A DNA stretch of 64,000 nucleotides, taken from assembly GCA_033442325.1 (NCBI GenBank), contig JAWQFM010000002.1, forward strand, positions 179,881 through 243,880. Direction: 5' to 3'. The notes beneath the pieces were generated by a model. The model was not told the DNA's origin, searched no databases, and saw only the letters and a list, made by a program, of their open reading frames with translations. Both the position numbers and the translations under genes were made by a program. The first letter of the stretch is position 1, and each line of letters opens with the position of its first letter. The stretch comes from Salpingoeca rosetta (lineage: Eukaryota > Protista > Choanoflagellata). Positions 40,876 through 51,595 of the stretch are shown here, piece by piece.

Positions 40876-42529
40876 TGGCAGAGTGCGTTGCGTTGTACCA
40901 GCGAGGCGGTCTGGAGTATGACGGCGACATCTGCTCGTTGGTGGGTATGCTTGTATTTGATTTTGGGTGGCGGGGTCATGTCCTCGCTCTCTTTGGCTTC
41001 GTGAACCTTGCTCACACATGGCTTGGTTTATGAACGCGCTTGTGGGAAGACGCCATTGGTTGTGCAGGGCGCAGCGTGGTTGGATTCGTTTGGGCTGTTA
41101 GGTCCGGCGCACATGGTGAGAAGAACAGTACTTCCCCTTCTTGTTGTATTCGTTTGTGTTCTCTCGCTGCATGTGCATTTACTGGATGTGCATGCGCTCG
41201 ACTGCATGGGTTAGGTTCACCACACGCTTACATGCACGTGTGCAGGTGGTCGGGCTCTTGGTGCCCATTGTATTGTACATTGCAGCGACGGAAGCGCAGC
41301 ACTACCAGGTAAGCAGAGAGCGGCGGACAACGTTCACAGAGCATTGCGGTCCTTTGCAACAATTATGAGCATCCATTCAAGGTTTTGAAACGCGTTGCGA
41401 TGCTCACCTTCCTTCTCTGTGTTTCTAACATGAATGAATAGGAGCAAGTTGATGCTTGGTGGGCAGCAGACACACCACCACAACGACAGGAGCGCATTCC
41501 CGAGAGCGTCTGGGCACGAAGTTATGCAGGAGTGTCGGCAGTATGGCCCGCACTCGTGTCTCTGCTCATCGTACTCGTGGACCTGTTTGTTGTTTCTCCG
41601 CCCACCACCCTCTGGCTTGCACCACTGTGCTTGTGGGCGACGCTGGCCACTGCGCGATCAAGTCAGTGTTTCAGCTTTTCAAGGGAGGTGGTGTGGACAT
41701 CTTGAAATGTGGCAATCCAGCCCATTGTCATCATCAGCAGCTCACCATCGCTGCTCTGCATGTGCGTGTATGTGTGTGTGTGCACGTGTGTGCATGTGTG
41801 TGCATGTGTGTGCGCGTGTGTGTGTATGTGTGTGTGCATGTGTGTATGTGTGCGTGTGTGCGTGTATGTGTGTGCGTGCGTGTTTGGAAATGTGGGGGTA
41901 GATTGGGTTGCGTCATGCGCGTGCTGCGCAGCTGCCATCTACCAGAGCATCTTCTATCTGCCTCTGATGGTGAGCAACACGCGTGCAGATGCTTGTCCCA
42001 CAACATGGCTGTGCCTCCCTCTTGCTCGATGTCTGCGTGTATCGGTGCGGTACAGCTAACCACGACAGCCGTGTTCGCTTGCTCAACATTTTGTTGTTGC
42101 CACGCTGTCGATGCATTCCCCCGTTTTGCAGGCCGTGCTCAGTGCGGCACAGGCTACATTCGGGCGCTCACATTTGGCAGCGGCGTCGCTCGTTGCCATC
42201 TTTGTTGCTGCGCTTCACTCCATTTCAATGGCGGCTGGGGCAGATCCGAGCGCATATCTGCATGCTGTTTATATTAACGAGTGCGTACTTGTATGTGCAT
42301 GTGTGTATATGCGCATGCGCATGTGCATGTGCATGTGTATGTGTATGTGTATGTTTGTACTTGCGTTTGTTGCGTGCACTTGCAATCCACAAGAGGTCGC
42401 ATGTTTGTGTTCGACTGACATGGTTTTTTCTGATTGGCCATGTGTGGAACTTAGGGTTCAAGTCAGTGACCTCACGCCAAACCAAGGGCTCTACTGGTAC
42501 TTCTTTGCACAGGTCTTCGAGCACTACAG
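40876..42529 (+). CDS. PIGU: GPI transamidase subunit PIG-U/Gab1, apparently partial (N- and C-terminal parts not found)
   Basis: Exons AECVALYQRGGLEYDGDICSL|TPLVV, AAIYQSIFYLPLM and VSDLTPNQGLYWYFFAQVFEHYR (PIG-U signature DLTPNxGLxWYFFxExFEHF). Confidence 0.8.
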
Positions 42530-42868
42530 GCAAGTGTATACATGTGAGTGAGTGAGTGAGTGAGTGAGTGAGTGAGTGAGTGAGTTAGTGAGAGAGAGAG
42601 AGAGAGAATGTGTGTGTGTGCACGCATAGCCAGTCGCAAAGCCATCATCTTTGTTGGTGTGAGAAGCAGGGGAGAAGAGGAAAGTTTGCTGAAAATACAC
42701 GTAATTGCACACAAAAGTCAATTTTGCCTTTCTTTGAAACACCAACAGCAAACTTGCCCAACGCGCTTCCGCTTGTCCTCCCCAACCGTGACGTGCGACT
42801 GCTGGAGCGCAAGCAAGCGTGCATGTGAGTGAGTATGAGTGAGTGTGTGTGTGTGTGTGTGTGAGTGT

Positions 42869-42939
<71 letters not shown>

Positions 42940-43151
42940 TGTCTGTGCGTGCGTATGTGTGTGTGTGTGAGTCAGTGTGTGTGTGAGTGTGTCTGTGGTG
43001 CTTGGGCTTCCTTTGTCTCGTCGGGCTGTCAACGCTTTACATCACAGCAATCACAGCCTCACATTAACAACGCATTGCGCGCGCTCATGTCTTGTTAGTG
43101 CACTTGTCTCTGTGTCCTCGTTATCGTAGACGCCAAACCGAGCATACTGCC

Positions 43152-46100
43152 ATGGAGGAACTGCCGCCACCCATCAACAAAGACCGGAGCGTGGGTGCAA
43201 GTGTGGGTCCCAACGAAGCAGCAACAACATCAACCCATAGCAGCACGAACGCGCCAACAGCACACCCGGCTGCTCCACCAACAGCACAAGTACGGGCCAG
43301 CACTCCTTCACTTCAGCAACAACAACAGCAGCAGCAACGGCAACAACAGCAGCAGCCTGGGTTGGGGACAACAGCGGCGAGCGAATCCGTTCACTCACAT
43401 CCCACTGATCAGGCAGTCACTGCAAGCGCACACATGGGCCCCAACCCATCGACAGACTCGACGAAGACAGATTTTGCCGCAAATGCGCCCACCACAACAA
43501 CTGCCACCCCCGATACATCCTCGGCAGCAGCCACAGCAGCCACAGCAGCCACAGCAGCCACAGCAGCCACAGCAGCCACAGTAGTTACAGCAGCCACAGC
43601 AGCCACAGTAGTTACAGCTGTCACCCCGGCTGCACCACCCACGACTGCCACAGCTACCTCTATACCAACCCCAGCTGCTCCCACGGAGAACACGGCCGTG
43701 GGCGACGCCAACACTGACCCTGCCCCTGACCTCTCTTCCACCTCCACAGCTGTTATGGCTGAAAGCACCTCGACAGGTATGGTTGCATGGCGCTTTTTCT
43801 GGTTGTCAACCCCCCTGACGCCTCATATTACTTGCCATCCATCCACAGAATCACATGTGGCTCGCTGTTGGCATGCGTGCACCGTGCATCCTTGCGTGGA
43901 CGGCATTGGCGATCGATAGGAGCTGAAGAAGCAACGCAGTCCAACGCTGACAAGCTGAAAGCAAACAAAAGCTTCAGATTCAGGCCGCCTCGATCAGGCT
44001 ACGTGCTCTTCCTGGTGCGTATGTGGTGTCAGTGCATGTACCTGTGTGTAAATGTGCCGCGTGCATGTGTGTGTGTGTGCGTGTGCAGCATGTTTGTATG
44101 TGTGTGTGCCTGTGTCTGTGTGTCTGTATGCTGTGTTTGACTTTCATAAAATCGGTGTTCGTGCTTGCTGTACGTCTGACACTTTGTGCATGCTCCCTGG
44201 TGTGGCGCGCGCGTTGCAGACGGAGAAGCGACAAGAGGTACTGCGGAAGAACCCGAGCATGGCGCTGCCGGACGTCACCAAAGGTGTTGCTCAGCTCTGG
44301 CGCCAATGCAGCACCGAGGAAAAGAAGGTACGTGCGTGCATGCATGCATCGAATTGGGTGTCAGGGCACGGGTCTGCGGCCGCAGGGCGTTTATCTCATG
44401 CTCACAAATTCACGTCAAACTGTGTCATTCGTCCTTACGTCTCTGTGTGCGTGTGTGCGTGCATGTGCTTGTGCATGTGTGCATGTGTGTGTTGTGCCCC
44501 CTTCTCCTCCTCTTTCTTCTTCTCCTCCTCCTCCGCTTCTCCTCCTCCTCCTCCTCATCCTCTCTTCTTCTTCCTCCCCCTCTCCGTTGCCCGTGTGCAG
44601 CATTACCAGGACTTGGCTGCAGAGATGAAGCGTGAGTTTCTTGAAAAGAACCCCGGCGTGGACCTTACGGTCCGACGCAAGCGGCCCAAGCGTGCACGCG
44701 GCAGACCAAAGAAGAAAGCAAAACGTTCCAGCGTTGCACAGGACACAAGCAGTTTCGCCGCGAGCTTTGCAGAGGTGAATACGCTCGTGTGCGCGCATGA
44801 TGTGTGCGCGCCTTATGTGTGTGTGTGTGTGAGGTGGAAGTTGCGTTGTGCCGTCACAGTTGTCAGCTGAGGTTATGTTTCGTTTCACACGTGCTGTTGT
44901 TGCGCGGTACTGCTTTTAGTGTGTTTACATCACATCACAGTCACGACCCCTCACCCTCACCTGCTCAACTCTCCCCCCCCCCCTCGGATCCAAAGCGCAC
45001 ATCCACAATGTAACATACACATCTGCCTTCCATTCTCATTGATGCAACACAATGCATGCATGCTCAGGATGGGATGGAACTGGACGACATTGATGACGAC
45101 GACGGTTACGCCGACGACGACGACGATGCGATTGTGATCAGTGATGATGATGGCACCACTCCAGAGAGTCTCTTCTGCAGCCTGTGCAACCAGTACTTCT
45201 CCTCCCTTCACAACAAGGTGCGGCCTCGTTGTGTGTGTGTGTTAGTGTGTTAGTGTGTTCGTGTGTATGTGTGTGACTGTGTGTATGTGTGTGTAAGCGT
45301 GTATGTATGTGACTCTGTGTGTGTATGTATGCGTGTATGTATGTGACTCTGTGTGTGTATGTATGCGTGTGCGTGTCATGATGACAGCGGCCAGCAACCC
45401 ACATGGTGCATGCATGGATTTATTGACATTGCCTTTTGGCCCGTGGTGCCATGTTGCATATTCAGCGCGAGCACATGCAGGGCAAGAAGCACCGCGACAT
45501 GTTGCAGGAGTACGGCGAGCTCGATCCCCGCATGAAGGTCTTCACAGACGACTTTGTGCAATTCCACAGAAGTACGTGTGATGGTGCGGCGCGCAGAATG
45601 CCCTGTTTTTCCTCAGTTGTCAGTGATCAACGTGTCCGCCGTGCGTGCGTGCATTCTCGCTTGCTTGTGTTGTTTTGTCACACTTCATATCCACCCACCA
45701 CTGCACACGGCAACAGCCCGGGAGCGCCAGTTGCGTGAGCTTCAAGGCGAAATCCAACAGCTGGAGGGCGTCAACACGCAGTACAGAAACGACGTGTGTG
45801 TGTGTGCGTGTACGTGTGTATGCGTGTGTGTACGTGTGTGTACGTATGTGTGTGTGTGTGTGTGTGCGCGTGTGTGTACGTATATGTGTGTGTGTGCGCG
45901 TGTGTGTGAGCTGGTCCGGTTGAAACCCTCATGTTGTCGTTGGGTGATTGGCTGCAGGTTCAAAGGGTGAGAAACTACATTGCTGCCCTGCAAATTGAGC
46001 ACAGCCGCGTCGTGGTGAGTGTTTGCAGCACCCTGGAGATCATGCACATGCGTGCACACACACGCACACACACACACACACAATTGTATGTCGCTTGCAT

Positions 46101-46628
46101 CCATTGACCATGAGCATTGATGCATGCAAACAACAGGCTGCGAGCGAGAGGATTCGCGCTGAATTGACACAGGTGGACGACGCGTTTCGACAGCAGAGCA
46201 TGCAGCACCCGCTACCGCCAGAGCTTGCCAACCTCAACGCAGGTCGGTCACTATTCAAGCAACATGCAGTGTACGCTCCTGTACTGCTGCACTCTGGCCT
46301 GACAACCTTGTCTACAGCTGCTTGGGCGCGCGCGCACATGTACACGTACACACACGCAACACACACACATACACATCCGTGTGGCACCTGCAAGCTCACG
46401 TGGCTTGATCGTGCATGTGTGTGTGTGTGTGTGTGTGTGTTGCGTGTGTGTGTTGTGTGATTTGCCGCGGCTACAGAGACGACGGAGCACTTGCTGCGGA
46501 ACATTGATGCGATATTGGCCTCCGTGAAATGGGAGAGCGATGACCCTAGCGCACAGGCCGTCAAGCAGTCGCTTCAAGCCATCAGCGAGCGACGCGCCGA
46601 CGCGGCTGCACCATCAACATCCTCGTGA
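43152..46628 (+). CDS. HMG20A/B-like HMG-box protein with AT-hook, matrin/U1-type C2H2 finger and C-terminal coiled coil
   Basis: HMG box [11 protein letters not shown]|[36 protein letters not shown]|HYQDLA. AT-hook RARGRPKK. Finger [15 protein letters not shown]|[12 protein letters not shown]20-type [24 protein letters not shown] at 46626-46628. Confidence 0.8.
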
Positions 46629-47037
46629 CTCCCCCCCCCCCCCCATGTCGCTGTGCGATGATGGTGGGCAGCGTGGTGTCTGCTGTGTGCTAGGATGGAT
46701 GGTATTGTTGTGACCTCTGTGTTGTGAGAGCACTTGCCTTATGTGATATGCCATGAGTAAGCGACAACAATTACACCATGTGACGGTGTCATGCTGTGAC
46801 ATGACAGAGGGGTGAGCATGGAGCGACGGCTGGAGGGATTGGGAGCAGAGGCAAGGGATCCTGTCGTCCCACATCTTTTTCACAACACAACAACAACCGT
46901 CAAATCATGTCAAACTCGCGCAACAACGCAACATTTCACTGCCAAGAAGCGTCATCGTGACAACAAAACACACGAGCATGCTGCTGTCACTGGCTCGTCG
47001 CGCTGTTGTTGCTGCTGCACGCACACGCCCAGTACGC

Positions 47038-47144
<107 letters not shown>

Positions 47145-47872
47145 TAAAAATTTTTCTTAGGGCGTTTACAGTAAAAGTCACAACGATGCCCGGTATCTTA
47201 GAACACCTAAGAGGGGGTGGATGGTTCTTTGGGTGGGTNNNNNNNNNNNNNNNNNNNNNNNNNNNNNNNNNNNNNNNNNNNNNNNNNNNNNNNNNNNNNN
47301 NNNNNNNNNNNNNNNNNNNNNNNNNNNNNNNNNNNNNNNNNNNNNNNNNNNNNNNNNNNNNNNNNNNNNNNNNNNNNNNNNNNNNNNNNNNNNNNNNNNN
47401 NNNNNNNNNNNNNNNNNNNNNNNNNNNNNNNNNNNNNNNNNNNNNNNNNNNNNNNNNNNNNNNNNNNNNNNNNNNNNNNNNNNNNNNNNNNNNNNNNNNN
47501 NNNNNNNNNNNNNNNNNNNNNNNNNNNNNNNNNNNNNNNNNNNNNNNNNNNNNNNNNNNNNNNNNNNNNNNNNNNNNNNNNNNNNNNNNNNNNNNNNNNN
47601 NNNNNNNNNNNNNNNNNNNNNNNNNNNNNNNNNNNNNNNNNNNNNNNNNNNNNNNNNNNNNNNNNNNNNNNNNNNNNNNNNNNNNNNNNNNNNNNNNNNN
47701 NNNNNNNNNNNNNNNNNNNNNNNNNNNNNNNNNNNNNNNNNNNNNNNNNNNNNNNNNNNNNNNNNNNNNNNNNNNNNNNNNNNNNNNNNNNNNNNNNNNN
47801 NNNNNNNNNNNNNNNNNNNNNNNNNNNNNNNNNNNNNNNNNNNNNNNNNNNNNNNNNNNNNNNNNNNNNNNA

Positions 47873-47972
<100 letters not shown>

Positions 47973-48367
47973 CCAAGCGTTTGTGGACTGCTGCAATGAG
48001 CTGAAGCGCGATGGGCGCATGGCATATGAGCGGCTGGACGAAGGTGCCAACTACTCCCAGCACGTGGCTGAGGTCGCAGCCGACATTGACCGATCAAGGT
48101 GTGACATGTGCCTATGAGATGGTGCTATTGTTTGTCGTATCAGTTGCCAGCCGTACTGTGGTGCCTTCCTTTGCGTCTTCACACCCTCAGCCACGTTCGC
48201 ATGCGCGTGTGTATGCATATGTGTATGTGCGTGTGTGTAAACCTGAAGGTGCTCCTTCTATCAGGGCGACGCATGCAGCCTGAACCCGGACCTTGGCCAG
48301 TTTGATGTCGTTCTCATGGCAAATCTCCTCTGCCGCCTCCCAAACCCAACAGGTGCACGCCTGCTCT

Positions 48368-48405
<38 letters not shown>

Positions 48406-49054
48406 TGTGTGTGTCTGTGTCTGTGTGTGTCTGTGTCTGTGTGTGTGTGATAGCATCACCGACTTACTGTTGCGGTCTCATGCCACCACCGACAAGCTGT
48501 CGCATGTTCATGTGCTCTCACATCAACTGTTTACTCCTCTTACCAACCAACCAACAATCAATCACAGCGTGCCTTGACTCGCTGCCGACCTTTGTGCCAC
48601 GTGGCGGCCACGTCGTCATCACCTCTCCCTTCTCCTGGCTCGACGAGTTCACAGACCGCGACCAATGGCTCGGTGGCCACGATGGCAAGGTGCAGTAAAT
48701 GCTGATGGTGGTGGTGGCGGTGGTGACGATGAGTGTTGATGCGGTTGACAATAACGACAATGATGGGTTGCTGCATATGCTGCATGTACTGCAAGGCGGC
48801 AGAGCTCTCCCCGCCCCCGTGTCGCCACGAGTGCTCACTGTCGCATGCGTGTTGCGTTCATATGTGCATGCCATCGAATCGTGTACTTGGCACCAACTTG
48901 GTCTCAACAGGCCTCGCGTGACGGCCTGGTGGAGCGCATGTCCGCCAACGGCTTCAAACTCGTCAAGGAGGACTCCATTCCGTTCCTCATCCGCGAGCAC
49001 GCGCGCAAGTACCAGCTTGTCTTCCCGCACCTCGGCGTCTTCCAGCGTCAGTGA
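47973..49054 (+). CDS. SAM-dependent methyltransferase of the OvoA C-terminal (mercaptohistidine N-methyltransferase) family; 5' part in the gap
   Basis: Four exons: QAFVDCCNELKRDGRMAYERLDEG..DIDRSR|CSFYQGDACSLNPDLGQFDVVLMANLLCRLPNP|..PRGGHVVITSPFSWLDEFTDRDQWLGG|..IPFLIREHARKYQ. GDACxL, SPxxWLxEFT..WLGG and PFxIRExARKxQ are OvoA C-terminal hallmarks. Confidence 0.82.
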
Positions 49055-49250
49055 TGGCTGGCTGTCCACGGCAGTCAGATCGCACTGGCGTCAGTGTTTG
49101 CGCGTGTGGAAGAGGGATAGATGGTGGCGGTGGTGGTTGTGGACGGGGTGTCGATCGATGGTAAGACACCCGTTGTTGTTGGCTTCTTTTTTGTTACGCG
49201 ACATGCCATGCCTTGGCATGTTGTTGTGCGTGGTGAGATGGGGGTGTTGT

Positions 49251-49458
49251 TTAGCCTTGCTCTGTTGTGGCTCGCCGCGGCGACGTGAGCGAAAGCGACG
49301 TGTTCGAGCGGTGGCCCCGCAGTTGTCTTGCGTGCACGGATGAATTACACGGGTGTCCCATGCACAGATGTGACAAAGGGAGGACGAGCAGAGAGAAAGG
49401 TGGGCGAAAGCGAATGCCACTCATGAGAGCAGGATGACTGGAGCTCACTGCACTTGAG

Positions 49459-49524
<66 letters not shown>

Positions 49525-50186
49525 ACAGGCTCGCGTCACTGACCTCTCCTCCTGTATCTGTCGGGTGAAAGTGGATCCTTCTGTGCCAATAAAGATGAAC
49601 GCGCGTGCGCACACAATCTGCTGCACAACAGCAAGCTGGCCCGGGTGTAGGGTGGATTTGATGTGCTGTGGCGTGTCAACAAGTGGAAGTGGAGGGTTGG
49701 ATGCAAACGCGTCATACTCCTCGTCATCCCTGCGTGCATCTGTGGCGATGAACAGCGCACGGATGTCGTGTGCTCGCGCAAGTGCCAGGATCTGTTTCCT
49801 CGTGGATGCGAGTGGAGGGATATTTGCCGACCGCACGCGCAGGAAGTCGGCGCGGCGCAGATGGACGGACAGGTAGCGATGCTGGCGATGGCTGGCGATG
49901 ATGGTCGTGGCCGTATCCACCAATGCTGGCGCGAACCGCATGCTTCGGCGGATGGCCTGGTACTGCGTCGTGGTGGTGTGCAGGGCCATAGTCGTCTCCA
50001 GACGAGCGATCATCACGACTGACGCAGATGGCGCAACCGTGTTGCTATCTTGCAGGAGCGGAGCCAGCAGGGTGGCAGACCCCATCATCTCCAAGCAAGT
50101 TAGCTCACGCGCGCGCACGTTGTCCCCCAAGCCCCAGAAGCTGCCTGTCCACTGGCCCGTGCCGTCATCTTGTGAAAACGATGTCC
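49251..50186 (-). CDS. POFUT2: Protein O-fucosyltransferase 2 (GT68), C-terminal portion; 5' exons in the gap
   Basis: WTGSFWG, CLEMMGSATLLAPLL, IRRSMRFAPAL, YLSVHLRRADF, LFIATDA and AVVQQIVCARAFIFIGTEGSTFTRQIQEER, in the same order as animal POFUT2. The short last exon ending at 49251 is tentative. Confidence 0.85.
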
Positions 50187-51431
50187 CTGATAAAGGTGGG
50201 GGCGCAGGGGAGAGATGGTGGTGTGTGTGTGTGGGGGGGGGGTGGTAGTACACCGGACACGCACCGGACAGTCAAGTGAACGGGCAGATGGAGGGGGGGG
50301 GGGCGGGGTCCCAGGGGGGGGGGGGGGGAAGACATGGGAGAAAAACCAAAAATTCCACACTTTTTTTACAAAAATAAAAAAAAAAAAAAAACAGGGTTTT
50401 AACCTAACCTTTCCCCTCCAACGAAAAACACATTCCCCACCCGAACCCATCACACAATCAAACGATGAAGTCGATTTGTTTAGTTCTGTGTGCAAACTTG
50501 TGGGAAAAGCCGTGACAAATAAACAAGTTGCCAAAACAAACGAGAGGAGCGAACACCACCTTAAACCGGCCTGCTTCTATTCTACGAACAGCACCCTCAA
50601 ACATCCCACGGCGGTTCTTACGTTTTTAATTAATATTNNNNNNNNNNNNNNNNNNNNNNNNNNNNNNNNNNNNNNNNNNNNNNNNNNNNNNNNNNNNNNN
50701 NNNNNNNNNNNNNNNNNNNNNNNNNNNNNNNNNNNNNNNNNNNNNNNNNNNNNNNNNNNNNNNNNNNNNNNNNNNNNNNNNNNNNNNNNNNNNNNNNNNN
50801 NNNNNNNNNNNNNNNNNNNNNNNNNNNNNNNNNNNNNNNNNNNNNNNNNNNNNNNNNNNNNNNNNNNNNNNNNNNNNNNNNNNNNNNNNNNNNNNNNNNN
50901 NNNNNNNNNNNNNNNNNNNNNNNNNNNNNNNNNNNNNNNNNNNNNNNNNNNNNNNNNNNNNNNNNNNNNNNNNNNNNNNNNNNNNNNNNNNNNNNNNNNN
51001 NNNNNNNNNNNNNNNNNNNNNNNNNNNNNNNNNNNNNNNNNNNNNNNNNNNNNNNNNNNNNNNNNNNNNNNNNNNNNNNNNNNNNNNNNNNNNNNNNNNN
51101 NNNNNNNNNNNNNNNNNNNNNNNNNNNNNNNNNNNNNNNNNNNNNNNNNNNNNNNNNNNNNNNNNNNNNNNNNNNNNNNNNNNNNNNNNNNNNNNNNNNN
51201 NNNNNNNNNNNNNNNNNNNNNNNNNNNNNNNNNNNNNNNNNNNNNNNNNNNNNNNNNNNNNNNNNNNNNNNNNNNNNNNNNNNNNNNNNNNNNNNNNNNN
51301 NNNNNNNNNNNNNNNNNNNNNNNNNNNNNNNNNNNNNNNNNNNNNNNNNNNNNNNNNNNNNNNNNNNNNNNNNNNNNNNNNNNNNNNNNNNNNNNNNNNN
51401 NNNNNNNNNNNNNNNNNNNNNNNNNNNNNNN

Positions 51432-51540
<109 letters not shown>

Positions 51541-51595
51541 CACCACCACCACCACCACCACCACCACCACCACCACCGCCACCACGGCTGCGCAC

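Noticed and set aside
50280-50637. AT-rich, compositionally foreign segment (also 30200-30288, 31023-31140, 47145-47238)
   Set aside because: Each follows a homopolymer or microsatellite and abuts a gap, which is typical of low-quality read ends rather than an insertion.
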